A stretch of 64,000 bases of DNA from Anaerolineae bacterium (GCA_040767425.1 JAXGON010000012.1:11764-75763), one strand, 5' to 3'; shown: positions 47,873-58,193, counted from the first letter of the stretch. The notes: a model not told the origin generated them from the letters alone. Numbers and translations are program-made.

Positions 47873-49549
47873 ATGGATCTGGGCCAGCGGGTTGGCGGCC
47901 GCTACCAGCTGGAGGAGCGTCTGGCCTCGGATATCCGGCTGACGGTCTATCGCGCTCTGGACGAGCAGACGGGTGAGCCGGTCATTCTGCACGTACATCG
48001 CGATCAGCCTGCCTGGCGCGGCAGCCCGTGGCTCGATCTCCGCCTGCGTCTTCCCGAGCTGATCGCGCGCTCCGCCGACTTGCGACATCCTCACCTCGTG
48101 TGCCCGCGAGACTGGCTGGCCATGGACGATGGCGACGTGGCGGTCGTGTATCCTCTGGTTGAGGGGCAGCCGCTGGATCAGCGCCTCGTTGCCGGACCGC
48201 TGTCCCCTGAACAGGCTCTCCGATTGGCTTCCGACCTATGTGGCGCCCTCCAGGCCTTCCACGGCCGTGGTCTGGTGCACCGAGACATCAAGCCGCGCAA
48301 CATCCTGCTCACCGACCAAGGGGCTGTGCTGACTGGGCTGGAGTGGGCCCAGATGCCTAGCGATCTGGTCGCCAGTGGGCCCCGCGAACAGCACCCGGGA
48401 AGCCCCGCGTACATGTCGCCAGAGCAAGCTGCCGCCAGTGGCCGGCTGGACAGCCGTTCTGACCTCTACAGCCTGGGTCTGGTACTACAAGAGGCGCTGG
48501 ATGGGCGCGCGGCCTGGGATGCCACGCCCGCCGCCCGCAACCCCGGCAAAGGAGCGAACGGCTCCTTGGGCGTGGTGCTCTGGCGGGCGCTACAGGCCGC
48601 CCCGGTTCGTCGCTATCAGAGCGCGTACGAGTTGGGGCATGACCTCGAGCTCCTGGCGCGAGGATCGATCGGCGACCGCCTATGGCTGCATTTGCGGCGT
48701 ACGCCCAGATGGGGTTGGGCGCTGGGTTCGCTCGGAGCTGTAGCTCTTGTCTGGCTGCTGCTTTCGGGCTCAAGGGACAACACGGGGCCTGGTGAATTAA
48801 CCGGTAGCATGGGTGCGTCCTCGGTCCCGATCGCCTGGCTAGTGGAGACGGCTCCTGTCCCGGAATCGCCGGGCCCGGTGGCGATGGAGGCCGCCGCGGT
48901 GCCGCAACCTGCATCGGCCGCGGCCCGGGCGATCGAGGCGTGGCCGGTGGAGCTGCGGGTGGGTCAGTTCGTCGAGCGGGCCTTTACGAGCAAGGGAGAG
49001 GTGCACCGCGCCACGGTGCGGGTGGCTGGCGGGCGCGGTTACTTGGTGGCGACGGCAAACCTGGCGCCCGGGGTCGATACCATCCTCGATGTCTCGCACA
49101 ATGGTCAGCGGAGCAGCAACGACGACGCCTGGCCGGGAACATTGGCCTCCAGCGTGTTTGTGATGCCCGCGCAAGATAGCACGTTGTCGGTTCAGGTGAG
49201 CAACCGGGGGGTGGTCGGCGAGGATGCGACCTATGAGCTCTTGATCGTGCAGGCTGATCCCACGCCTACACCCACTGAGGAGCCCACGGAGGTGGTTGCG
49301 CGGGAGGAGGCCGTGACCATGACGCCTCGTCCCACCTATACGCCGCATCGGGCAGCCACTGCTACTAGGGCGCCGACCAGGACGCCCCGGCCTACCAGCA
49401 CGCGTCGCCCAACCTATACCCCGCGCCCGACCATGTCGGCAACGCCAAGCGTCACGCCATCCACCGCGCCGACCGCGCGCCCCACGGCGACGGCCACGCC
49501 GCCCAGGACGGTGCTGCCTATCAAGACGGTCACTACGCCCGTGTGGTAG
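47873..49549 (+). CDS. serine/threonine protein kinase with TM helix, extracellular PPC-like beta-sandwich domain and Pro/Thr-rich tail
   Basis: HRDIKPRNILL catalytic loop, SPAYMSPEQ activation segment; a TM; the C-terminal segment resembles the pre-peptidase C-terminal domain; PT repeats at the end. Confidence 0.8.
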   Translation: MDLGQRVGGRYQLEERLASDIRLTVYRALDEQTGEPVILHVHRDQPAWRGSPWLDLRLRLPELIARSADLRHPHLVCPRDWLAMDDGDVAVVYPLVEGQPLDQRLVAGPLSPEQALRLASDLCGALQAFHGRGLVHRDIKPRNILLTDQGAVLTGLEWAQMPSDLVASGPREQHPGSPAYMSPEQAAASGRLDSRSDLYSLGLVLQEALDGRAAWDATPAARNPGKGANGSLGVVLWRALQAAPVRRYQSAYELGHDLELLARGSIGDRLWLHLRRTPRWGWALGSLGAVALVWLLLSGSRDNTGPGELTGSMGASSVPIAWLVETAPVPESPGPVAMEAAAVPQPASAAARAIEAWPVELRVGQFVERAFTSKGEVHRATVRVAGGRGYLVATANLAPGVDTILDVSHNGQRSSNDDAWPGTLASSVFVMPAQDSTLSVQVSNRGVVGEDATYELLIVQADPTPTPTEEPTEVVAREEAVTMTPRPTYTPHRAATATRAPTRTPRPTSTRRPTYTPRPTMSATPSVTPSTAPTARPTATATPPRTVLPIKTVTTPVW

Positions 49550-49580
49550 CGAGGGGCGGTTTAGCCTCTCAACGGCGTGC

Positions 49581-49841
49581 CTAGAAGACGTCTTCCTCGT
49601 CGTCTCCTGGGTTGAGCAGGTCCTCTGACGGTCCTTTTCCCCAATTCTTGCCAATCAGCTCGGTCAGGCGCAGCTCGGCGGCCCGAAGCTGTTGCTCGCA
49701 CTGGGCGGCCAGCCGCACGCCCTCCTCATAGAGTGCCAGGGATTCGTGTAGGGGCCGCTTGCCGGATTCGAGCGCCTCGATCACCTCGTCCAACCGCGCG
49801 TACGACTCTTCAAAAGTAAGGGATTCGATCTCTTGCTGCAT
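49581..49841 (-). CDS. xseB: exodeoxyribonuclease VII small subunit
   Basis: MQQEIESLTFEESYARLDEVIEALESG matches XseB; start placed 2 nt after the xseA stop. Confidence 0.8.
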   Translation of the reverse strand: MQQEIESLTFEESYARLDEVIEALESGKRPLHESLALYEEGVRLAAQCEQQLRAAELRLTELIGKNWGKGPSEDLLNPGDDEEDVF

Positions 49842-49842
49842 T

Positions 49843-51078
49843 CTAGTTCCTCTTGCTAGACTCGTGGTCATCGAGAGAAGCGTCGTCGATCTCTACGACG
49901 TCGGCCAGGAGACGGCCGTCATACAGGCGAACGCCCAGCCGCTGTCCCACGGTGGCCTGCGATACCCGCGTGACCCGCTGGCCAGTGGCCGCATCCTCTA
50001 GCGCCGCATAGCCGCGTTTGAGCACCAACATGGGATCAAGCGCCGTCAGGCGGGCGCTGGCGCCCTCTAGCCGAACGCGGCTGAGGTGGAGCTGATGCGC
50101 GGCGGCCCTGGCCAGGTCGCGTGTGGCGTCGTCTAGCTGCTGCCACAGCTCCGGGAGCCTTCGCTCTGGCGACTGGAGGAGCAGGCGTCTGTTGGCTCGT
50201 TCCAGGTCGTCGCGCGCTTGGCCGATGATCGCGTCGATAGCTGACCGGGCACGCTGGCCTTTGAGGGCGATCTGCTCCAAGAGCATTGCCGCCTCGGGAA
50301 CGGCCGCGGCCGCGGCGGCCGAGGGCGTGGGCGCGCGATAGTCGGCAGCCAGGTCGGCGATGGTGTAATCGGTCTCATGGCCAACGCCCGTGATAACTGG
50401 CACCGGCGCTTGGACGATGGTGCGGGCGAGAGTCTCGTCGTTAAAGCACCAGAGATCCTCCATGGAGCCGCCGCCCCGCGCTAGAATGATCAGGTCGATG
50501 CCGGGCTCATCATACAGCCGCTCCAGCGCCAAGACGAGTCCGGCGGGCGCCTCGGCCCCCTGAACCGCGCTGGGCGAGAGCACTACCTCAACGACGGGAT
50601 AGCGCTCGTTCAGCACGTTCAAAATGTCGCGGAGGGCTGCGCCAGTGGGTGAGGTGACCACCCCGATGCGGCGTGGCCAGCTAGGGAGTGGACGCTTGCG
50701 GGACTCGTCAAAGAGCCCTTCCTGTTCTAACCTGTTCTTGAGGGCGAGGAACCGCTCCCAGAGTACGCCTACGCCGGCCTGCTGCAGAGCCGAGGCATAG
50801 AACTGGTACTTGCCACCCCGCTCGTACACCGAGACCGATCCCAGCGCCTGTACCCAGTCTCCCACCCGCGGCTCAAAGGTGAGGCGATCGGCGGCTCCGC
50901 GCCACATGACGCAGGGGATCTCGGCCTGGTCGTCCTTGAGGGTAAAGTAACAGTGGCCTGACCGCGCTCGACTCCAGTTCGATAGCTCGCCAGCCACCCA
51001 CAGCTCGGCCAGGCCGGGGGCGCTGTCCAGCAGCTCTTTGATGTAGCGCGTCAGTTCCGAGACCGTCCAGGTGTCCAT
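49843..51078 (-). CDS. xseA: exodeoxyribonuclease VII large subunit
   Basis: OB-fold N-terminus (VAGELSN.SRARSGHCYFTLKD) and XseA catalytic core; start at MDTWTV. Confidence 0.85.
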   Translation of the reverse strand: MDTWTVSELTRYIKELLDSAPGLAELWVAGELSNWSRARSGHCYFTLKDDQAEIPCVMWRGAADRLTFEPRVGDWVQALGSVSVYERGGKYQFYASALQQAGVGVLWERFLALKNRLEQEGLFDESRKRPLPSWPRRIGVVTSPTGAALRDILNVLNERYPVVEVVLSPSAVQGAEAPAGLVLALERLYDEPGIDLIILARGGGSMEDLWCFNDETLARTIVQAPVPVITGVGHETDYTIADLAADYRAPTPSAAAAAAVPEAAMLLEQIALKGQRARSAIDAIIGQARDDLERANRRLLLQSPERRLPELWQQLDDATRDLARAAAHQLHLSRVRLEGASARLTALDPMLVLKRGYAALEDAATGQRVTRVSQATVGQRLGVRLYDGRLLADVVEIDDASLDDHESSKRN

Positions 51079-51089
51079 GGGCAACCCTT

Positions 51090-52319
51090 TCACGGCGTCG
51101 AGGCCGGCGGGACCGGACCCTGTGGCGCATCTGGCCGGGGCACAACGTGGATCAACCCCCATCGACCGCTAGTGAGCCAATCCGGGTCAGTCGCAGCCGT
51201 GCGCTCGGCCATGCCTGGGGGTAGGCCTACCACCAGCTCGGCCTTGAGTGTGCGGAGGCAGGCGAACGAAAAGGGCAGGTAGCGCGTGATCTCCTCGAGG
51301 GCGGCCATAGTCGGCCAGTGTCGGTCGTCCAGCAGGCGGCGATAGTTGGCGTCGCCCTTGAACAACACAAGGTCGGCCTGTTGCAGGGTAGCCAGGAGCG
51401 CGGCCGGCATGTGCGAAAAGCCCGCTGGGCCGCTCCAGAAGGGATCGGCTAGGGCCCGCAAGCGGCCGCTCTCCACCAGCGTGGTGAGGTCTGCCCCCAG
51501 CGCACCAAGCGCCGGCACCGATGTTTGGCTCAGCCGCTCCAGCGTGTAGGCGAGATCCGAGGGCATGGCATCAGAGACGAAAAAGGGCGTGCTCTTCAGG
51601 TGGAGCGTAACCTGATCCACCAGCCCCGAGGACAGCAGGTGGTGAAGCAGTATCAGATCAGCCAACAGCTCAGGGCCAGCGTTATCACAAACCACGTGCA
51701 AGCTGCGCACCGCCCCGTGAGCCAGTGCGCCGGCCAGCGACATGGAGTGATCCACCAGCAGGTGGCGGCCGTCTCTCGCCGGCGAGGCGGACGGGCCATC
51801 GCGCACATCGTGGTTGCTGAGGTCGGTTTGGTTGCCCCAGAGGGCCCGCAGCAGCAGCTCTCTGAGGCGTTCGACGGGATCCCTGTCGCCAAGCCGATCG
51901 GGCTCGAACGCGTCCACGGCGCGGTGCAGCGCCTCGGCCTTGTCGGGGGCAAAAGGATCGCGATGGTGCCACGGGCCTGGGTCGTGGTAGTGTACCGCCT
52001 CCAGCAGGCGGTGGTAAAAGTAGGACTCGGCTAGGTACCAGGGGATCTCTAGCCATGAGCGTCCCTGCCATGGGGTCCAGGCCTCTCGCCAGTGGCCGGC
52101 GGGATCGTTCTGCGGCAGAGGTGCCGCTACCGGACCGTCGGCCAGCTCACGGCGCAGGGCCGTCAATTGCGCCTGGATGGCTGGTGGATAGGCATTAGTG
52201 GCCATCACGCGGTCGATGATGCGGGGCTTGCGCTCGGTGATGGTACGTCGCGCGAATGAGCCCAGCTCTGACGTCATGATGGGCGGAGGCATCTGGCGCA
52301 CTGGGGGCTCCTTCCTCAT
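51090..52319 (-). CDS. ARMT1-like/DUF89 protein (damage-control sugar-phosphate phosphatase family)
   Basis: VCDNAGPELLADL (DxxGxE) DUF89 signature; start may be the later MTSELG. Confidence 0.6.
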   Translation of the reverse strand: MRKEPPVRQMPPPIMTSELGSFARRTITERKPRIIDRVMATNAYPPAIQAQLTALRRELADGPVAAPLPQNDPAGHWREAWTPWQGRSWLEIPWYLAESYFYHRLLEAVHYHDPGPWHHRDPFAPDKAEALHRAVDAFEPDRLGDRDPVERLRELLLRALWGNQTDLSNHDVRDGPSASPARDGRHLLVDHSMSLAGALAHGAVRSLHVVCDNAGPELLADLILLHHLLSSGLVDQVTLHLKSTPFFVSDAMPSDLAYTLERLSQTSVPALGALGADLTTLVESGRLRALADPFWSGPAGFSHMPAALLATLQQADLVLFKGDANYRRLLDDRHWPTMAALEEITRYLPFSFACLRTLKAELVVGLPPGMAERTAATDPDWLTSGRWGLIHVVPRPDAPQGPVPPASTP

Positions 52320-52568
52320 CGTATCAAGGCGATTATAGAACGAGACGATGGATGCTCAAAGAATGGCCATGGTTTGGTGTCGGATGACGTCGACACGACA
52401 CACGAGTTGATTATACTGGATGCCGCTGTTGGGCAAGGCGAACGACACAGTGCGTTTTTACGCAGGCTTTCTGTAGGCCAACGGCGTGCGTGTTATAGTC
52501 GACGTGACTAGGTGGAGGAGACCGAAAGGCTGCGGTTCTGACCCGGAACCGATCAAGCAGGTGTCACC

Positions 52569-53267
52569 ATGGATACTGAGATAACCCTACTACTCGTGGA
52601 TGACGATGAGGCCCTGACCAAGGCTGTCCAACTCTACCTGGCACACGCTGGCTACGAGGTGCGGACGGCCAGCGACGGCGCGGAGGGTTTGCGCAAGCTG
52701 CACACCTTGGGGCCAGACCTGATGCTGCTGGATGTGATGATGCCCGAGATGGACGGGTTCGATGTGCTGAAGCGGGCCCGTGAAGAGTCGATGGTGCCCA
52801 TCATCATGCTAACTGCGCGGGGCGAAGAGACCGACCGGATTCGGGGCTTGCGGCTAGGCGCCGATGACTATATCCGCAAGCCGTTCAGTCTGCGGGAGAT
52901 GCAGGCCCGCATCGAGGCGGTGTTGCGTCGCGCGAGCCCGTCCGTCGGCCGCGAGCTTTCAGGCAAGCAGGAGGTCTATGGCGACCTAGTGATCGATCCC
53001 GATCGCTGGGAGGTGCGGCTGCATGGTGAAAAGGTGGATTTGACGCCCACCGAGGCGCGGCTGCTGTTCTACCTGGCTGAGCATGCTGGCCGGATCTTGT
53101 CACACAACCAGCTCCTCTCGGCGGTGTGGGGGCCAGAGTACGTGGGGAACACCGACTATACCAAGCTTTTGGTCTGGCGTCTCCGCCAAAAGATCGAGCC
53201 CGATCCCGCTGAGCCACGCTATATCCATACCGAGCGGGGTATGGGGTATCGGTTCGCCCCTCGATAA
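52569..53267 (+). CDS. OmpR-family DNA-binding response regulator (no cognate histidine kinase in window)
   Basis: Receiver domain (LLVDDDEAL...LLDVMMP..DG) plus winged-helix trans_reg_C (LTPTEARLLFYLAEH...R.VWG). Confidence 0.85.
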   Translation: MDTEITLLLVDDDEALTKAVQLYLAHAGYEVRTASDGAEGLRKLHTLGPDLMLLDVMMPEMDGFDVLKRAREESMVPIIMLTARGEETDRIRGLRLGADDYIRKPFSLREMQARIEAVLRRASPSVGRELSGKQEVYGDLVIDPDRWEVRLHGEKVDLTPTEARLLFYLAEHAGRILSHNQLLSAVWGPEYVGNTDYTKLLVWRLRQKIEPDPAEPRYIHTERGMGYRFAPR

Positions 53268-53283
53268 TAGATCTTTCGCGATC

Positions 53284-53309
53284 AAGGGCCCTCGAAGGGC
53301 CCTTTTTTG
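53284..53309 (+). terminator. rho-independent terminator after the response regulator (GGGCCC-tcgaa-GGGCCC + TTTTTT)
   Basis: Self-complementary 6-bp stem with T6 tail 17 nt after the stop; flanked by AA so it could act bidirectionally. Confidence 0.6.
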
Positions 53310-53433
53310 CTGTCTGTAGGTTGCGCTGTCCCCTCGCAGGTCTATAATCGCAAAAGCCTACAGGCTGCGCGCATCGCAAGGATCAGCCCGGGGTTGTCGA
53401 TGCTGGAGATGTGTAGGCATTTGAGGAGCGGCC

Positions 53434-54579
53434 ATGTCAGACGCAGAGCTTCGAATTGAGCCCGTCACCACCCAGCGGGAGCTGGAGGCCTTTATCCGGT
53501 TCCAGTTCCACCTGTACCGCGACGACCCCTTCTGGGTGCCGCCGTTACTCTCGGAGCGGCGCGACCATTTCTCGACGGAAAAGAACCCCTTCTTTGCGCA
53601 CGCGACTGCGCAGCTTTGGGTGGCCAAGCGGGGAGACGAGATCGTGGGGCGAATCGCCGCCATCGACGACGAGATACATCGCCAGGTGTGGAACGATAAC
53701 CTGGGTTTCTTTGGCGAGTTCGAGGCGGTCAACGATCAGGCCGTGGCGCAGGCTCTGCTGGAAGCGGCCTCGCATTGGTTGGGGGTGCGCGGTCGGACAG
53801 CCATGCGGGGGCCGATGAACCTCAACATCAATGATGAGTGCGGACTCCTCGTCGATGGGTTCGACGGCCGTCCGGTAGTGATGATGCCCTACAATCCTCC
53901 CTACTATGCTCCACTCCTGGAGGCGTATGGGCTGACCAAGGCCAAGGATCTCTATGCCTACAAGGTCGATGTCGCTCGCTTTGGTCCCGATCTCGAGAAC
54001 CTACCAGCCCGCGTCAAGCGCGTGGCCAAGACCGCCCAGGAGCGCTATGGCATCAGAGTCCGCAAGCTGGTGCGCAAACGCCTGGACGAAGAGGTCGACT
54101 TGATCAAGCCGATCTACCGCGAGGCCTGGGCCCAGAATTGGGGCGCCGTCCCGATGACCGATGCCGAGTTCGATCACCTGGCGCACGATCTCGCTATGAT
54201 CGTGGATGACGATCTCTGCTACCTGGCCTTTGACGGCGACCGGCCCATCGGATGCTCGATCACCCTGCCGGACCTGAACCAGATAGCGGTCAAGATGAAG
54301 GGACGTCTATTCCCCTTTGGCTGGTATCACTATCTGTTTGGCCGGCGGAACATTACCGGGCTGCGCGTGTTGATCATGGGCGTCTTGCAAGAGTATCGCC
54401 TGAAGGGTGTCGAGGCGCTGTTCTACCAAGAGACCTGCCGCGTGGCGGTGAAAAAGGGCTTTGAGTGGGCCGAGATGTCCTGGATCCTCGAGGACAACTA
54501 TAACGTCCGACGCGGCATCGAGATGATGGGCGGCGAGATCTATCGTACCTATCGGATCTATGAAAAGCCCATCGCCTGA
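53434..54579 (+). CDS. GNAT-fold N-acyltransferase-like protein (tandem GNAT-type domains)
   Basis: 381 aa with acetyltransferase-like beta-alpha pattern in two halves; no exact family recalled. Confidence 0.45.
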   Translation: MSDAELRIEPVTTQRELEAFIRFQFHLYRDDPFWVPPLLSERRDHFSTEKNPFFAHATAQLWVAKRGDEIVGRIAAIDDEIHRQVWNDNLGFFGEFEAVNDQAVAQALLEAASHWLGVRGRTAMRGPMNLNINDECGLLVDGFDGRPVVMMPYNPPYYAPLLEAYGLTKAKDLYAYKVDVARFGPDLENLPARVKRVAKTAQERYGIRVRKLVRKRLDEEVDLIKPIYREAWAQNWGAVPMTDAEFDHLAHDLAMIVDDDLCYLAFDGDRPIGCSITLPDLNQIAVKMKGRLFPFGWYHYLFGRRNITGLRVLIMGVLQEYRLKGVEALFYQETCRVAVKKGFEWAEMSWILEDNYNVRRGIEMMGGEIYRTYRIYEKPIA

Positions 54580-54588
54580 GGCGACGAG

Positions 54589-55380
54589 CTAGAGCAGCCC
54601 GGCGTATAGGCCTCCGTCCACCTGGATGGTGGTCCCCGTGATATAGGCGGCCTGCTCCGAGGCGAGAAAGGCGATCAGCGCTGCCAACTCCTCGGGGCGG
54701 CCTAGCCTGCGGGCCGGAATGGCATCCTCCCAAGTGGCCATGGCTTGGCTGATGTCGATGCCGGTGGAAGCGGCCCGCGCTTGTGCCAGCCTCCGGACGC
54801 GGTCGGTCAGGGTATAGCCCGGGCAGACGTTGTTCACCGTGATGCCCTCGGCGGCAACCTCGGTGGCCAGGGTCTTGGCATAGCCCACCACGCCCGCGCG
54901 GATCGCGTTGGACAGAACTAGGTCAGGCAGCGGCTGCTTGACTGATATCGATGTGATGTTGACGATCCTGCCCCATCTCCGCTTACGCATCCCTGGCAGC
55001 ACTCCCTGGACCAACCGCACGGCGCTCATGAGCGTCAGCTCATAGGCGGCGCGCCAGTCTGTCTCGGTGACGTCCAACGCGTGGCCGGGGGGCGGGCCGC
55101 CAGCGTTGTTGACCAGGATGTCCACCTTCCCAAAGGTTCCGAGCACCGTCTCGACCAAGTGGTCAATGTCGGCGGCGACGGCTAGGTCCGCGACCACCGG
55201 GAGAACGCGTCTGCTCGAGTTGGTGGCGATCTCGTGTGCGGTGCGCTCTAGCTCGTCCTGGTGGCGGGCGGTGATGGCTACGTCGGCGCCCTCATCGGCC
55301 AAGGCTTGCGCGGCGGCCCGTCCTAAACCCCGGCTGGAGGCGGCCACCAGAGCGATCTTTTTCGTGAGTCTCAGGTCCAT
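54589..55380 (-). CDS. SDR-family oxidoreductase
   Basis: KIALVAASSRGLGRA (TGxxxGxG) and NNAG, YxxxK-type catalytic region. Confidence 0.75.
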   Translation of the reverse strand: MDLRLTKKIALVAASSRGLGRAAAQALADEGADVAITARHQDELERTAHEIATNSSRRVLPVVADLAVAADIDHLVETVLGTFGKVDILVNNAGGPPPGHALDVTETDWRAAYELTLMSAVRLVQGVLPGMRKRRWGRIVNITSISVKQPLPDLVLSNAIRAGVVGYAKTLATEVAAEGITVNNVCPGYTLTDRVRRLAQARAASTGIDISQAMATWEDAIPARRLGRPEELAALIAFLASEQAAYITGTTIQVDGGLYAGLL

Positions 55381-55554
55381 GGGTTCACCTCCGTGCTGGA
55401 TAGGGGGACGCCACCAGTGTACGCCAGTTCTGAGCGGCCGTCAGCTTGCCAAGGCGTTTGGCGCCTGACGTTTGTTCAGCGCAGAGCGACACGCTATAAT
55501 CGCGTTCGTGTACCTATCAACGATCGTTGGCCAAGCCAGCCAAGGGAGCGCCTC

Positions 55555-56256
55555 GTGATCAAGCTCTCGGTCCTGATGCCCGTCTATAACGAAGAGGCGG
55601 ATCTCGCCACCATACTCCAACGTGTTGCGGCCGTCGATGTGAACAAAGAGATCATTATCGTCGATGACTGTTCTTCCGACGGAACGGCCAAGATCTTGGC
55701 GCAGGTGGACCTACCCGAGGTTCGCATCGTACGCCACGTGGTGAATCGAGGCAAGGGCGCCGCCATCCGCAGCGCCCTCGAGGCGGCAACTGGCGATGCG
55801 GTCATCATTCAGGACGCCGACCTGGAGTACGACCCCGAGGACTACCATGCCCTGCTGGAGCCTTTGCTCTCTGGCAAGGCGCAGGTTGTGTATGGTGTGC
55901 GCAGCTTTGCGAACCAAAAGCTGCTGTTGCGCCTCGGGAACCAGTTCCTCACCTGGCTCACCAATCTGCTCTATGGGGTGCGCCTCCGCGATATGGAGAC
56001 CTGCTATAAACTGATGCGGACCGAGATCGCGCGCAGGCTGGATATCGAGTGTAACCGGTTCGACCTGGAGCCAGAGATCACGGCCAAGATCATTCGCATG
56101 GGGATCGACATTCACGAGGTGCCCATCTCGTATGACCCGCGCGACGAGAAAAAGCTCTCGCCGTGGCGTGACGGTTTGCCGGCGCTCAAGGCCCTGTGGC
56201 GCTACCGACGGTGGGAGCCGAGCCAGGTATCCCCGCAAGAGGGGGCTGACGTGTGA
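55555..56256 (+). CDS. GT2 glycosyltransferase, polyprenol-phosphate mannose/glucose synthase (Dpm1/GtrB)-like
   Basis: LSVLMPVYNEE...IIVDDCSSDGT...IQDADLEYDP signature; GTG start with AAGGGAG RBS. Confidence 0.7.
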   Translation: MIKLSVLMPVYNEEADLATILQRVAAVDVNKEIIIVDDCSSDGTAKILAQVDLPEVRIVRHVVNRGKGAAIRSALEAATGDAVIIQDADLEYDPEDYHALLEPLLSGKAQVVYGVRSFANQKLLLRLGNQFLTWLTNLLYGVRLRDMETCYKLMRTEIARRLDIECNRFDLEPEITAKIIRMGIDIHEVPISYDPRDEKKLSPWRDGLPALKALWRYRRWEPSQVSPQEGADV

Positions 56257-57173
56257 CCGCTCCGGATGTTCTGAAAGGGACCGTCATCCGTTCCCATGGC
56301 GGCCACTATTATGTGGAGAGCGATGGTATTCCCGGAGAGGTGCTGGATTGCGGTGTGCGTGGTCGGCTCAAGCAAGAGGCGGCCGAGAGCGATCTGATCG
56401 CCATCGGAGACCGAGTTCGTTTCACCGTACTGGAAGAAGGCCGTGGCATGGTGGAAGAGATCATGCCCCGCAAGAGCGCGCTATCGCGCTGCCCCCCGCC
56501 GCCCCGCCCTCAGGTAGAGCAGGTCATCGTCGCGAACCTGGACCTGGTCCTGGCCGTCTTTAGCGTGGTCAACCCTCCGCTGAACCCCTTTATGCTGGAT
56601 CGTTATCTCGTCGCTTGCGAGGTGGAAGAGCTGGCCGTGGCCATCGTTGCCAACAAGATGGACCTCGCCCGAAAAAAGCAGGCTCGGGTGCTGGGTGTGT
56701 ACGAGAGTATCGGCTACCGGGTGGTGCGCACCAGCGCGACGACGGGCGAGGGGCTGGACGATCTGCGCGAGCTGATGCGTGGTCGCCTGACGGCCTTGAC
56801 TGGCCCCTCTGGTGCCGGCAAATCCTCGTTGCTGAACGCGTTGTGGCCTCACCTGGGCTTGCAGACCGGTGAGGTCAGTACGTATCACGACCGCGGGACG
56901 CACACGACGGTGGTATCGCAGATCTTGCGCCCCGAGGCGGGATTCCAGGTGGCCGACACGCCCGGGCTGCGGCAGTTTCGTCTCTGGGATATCGCGCCCG
57001 AGGATCTGGACGGCCTGTTCCCAGAGATGCGTCCATACGCGCCCACGTGTCGCTTTTCGCCCTGTACCCATCGCCACGAGCCGGGCTGTGCGGTTCAAGC
57101 GGCGGTGGAACAGGGGCGGATCCCACGGATTCGATACGAGAGCTACTGCCGCATGTTTGAGCACGGATTCTAG
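56253..57173 (+). CDS. rsgA: ribosome small-subunit-dependent GTPase A
   Basis: OB domain, circularly permuted GTPase (G4-G1-G3 order; GPSGAGKSSLLNAL), C-terminal zinc finger CRFSPCTHRHEPGC. Confidence 0.85.
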   Translation: MTAPDVLKGTVIRSHGGHYYVESDGIPGEVLDCGVRGRLKQEAAESDLIAIGDRVRFTVLEEGRGMVEEIMPRKSALSRCPPPPRPQVEQVIVANLDLVLAVFSVVNPPLNPFMLDRYLVACEVEELAVAIVANKMDLARKKQARVLGVYESIGYRVVRTSATTGEGLDDLRELMRGRLTALTGPSGAGKSSLLNALWPHLGLQTGEVSTYHDRGTHTTVVSQILRPEAGFQVADTPGLRQFRLWDIAPEDLDGLFPEMRPYAPTCRFSPCTHRHEPGCAVQAAVEQGRIPRIRYESYCRMFEHGF

Positions 57174-57221
57174 CGGCGCCCCGTCTCTTGGAGACGCCCA
57201 CACGGAGGGAGGTGTACCCCC

Positions 57222-58193
57222 ATGCCGTACCCACAGTTCGATCGGAGCCGACTCAGATTGCAGCCGCTTTCAGCGCGGCAACACGACCTCTCGATCGATC
57301 AGCTAGCCCGGCTGGATGATCCGCGGCCGGCGTTCGACCATCCTGCTCTGCCGGTCCTGGCGGAACGCATGCTGCAGGCTCGTGAGGCCGGTGCGTCGGT
57401 GATCCTGATGATGGGGGCCCACGTCATCAAGTGTGGTCTGGCACGCTATGTTATTGACCTAATGGAGCGGGGCGTGATCAGCGCGGTGGCTCTGAACGGC
57501 GCGGGATCGATCCACGACTATGAGCTGGCCCTCGTCGGAGGCACCAGCGAGAGCGTCGCCCGCTACATTCGGACGGGCGAATTTGGCTTGTGGCAAGAGA
57601 CAGGCGCCCTCAATGATATGGCTGTTCAGGCGGCTGATGAGGGTATCGGCTTTGGTGAGGCGGTGGGCCGCGCTATCTGGGAGGGCGACTTGCCCCATCG
57701 CGACACCAGCATCCTGGCGGCGGGGTACCGGTTGGGGGTGCCAGTCACGCTGCACGTGAGCATCGGCTACGATATCGTTCACATGCATCCCAACTGCAAC
57801 GGGGCGGCTCTGGGCGCGGCCTCGTACACCGATTTTATGGTCTATACTAACCAGGTCTCTGGACTGGAGGGCGGCGTCCTGCTCTGCTTTGGGACGGCGG
57901 TCATGGGGCCGGAGGTGTACCTGAAGGCGCTGTCAATGGCTCGCAACGTGGCTCATGCCGATGGCAAGGTGATCGCCCACCTGACCACGGCCGTATTTGA
58001 TCTCCAGTCGCTTGGAGATGATCTTTACCAGGAGCCGGACAAGTCACAACCGGCCTACTATTTCAGGCCCTACAAGACCATCTTGGTACGGACGGTGCGC
58101 GACGGCGGTGAGAGCTACTATGTGCGGGGCGATCACCGGGATACGCTGCCATCGCTCTATGGGCAGGTGGTGGACGCCATGGGACAGCGCTAG
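57222..58193 (+). CDS. conserved hypothetical protein (unassigned fold; possibly DHS-like/NAD-binding)
   Basis: 323 aa, no signal peptide; Gly-rich ALNGAGS and VGG segments; I could not place it in a family with confidence. Confidence 0.35.
   Translation: MPYPQFDRSRLRLQPLSARQHDLSIDQLARLDDPRPAFDHPALPVLAERMLQAREAGASVILMMGAHVIKCGLARYVIDLMERGVISAVALNGAGSIHDYELALVGGTSESVARYIRTGEFGLWQETGALNDMAVQAADEGIGFGEAVGRAIWEGDLPHRDTSILAAGYRLGVPVTLHVSIGYDIVHMHPNCNGAALGAASYTDFMVYTNQVSGLEGGVLLCFGTAVMGPEVYLKALSMARNVAHADGKVIAHLTTAVFDLQSLGDDLYQEPDKSQPAYYFRPYKTILVRTVRDGGESYYVRGDHRDTLPSLYGQVVDAMGQR

Noticed and set aside
48839-49654. 271-aa ORF antisense to the Ser/Thr kinase C-terminus
   Set aside because: Arg/Gly-rich spurious ORF created by the PT-repeat coding region on the other strand.
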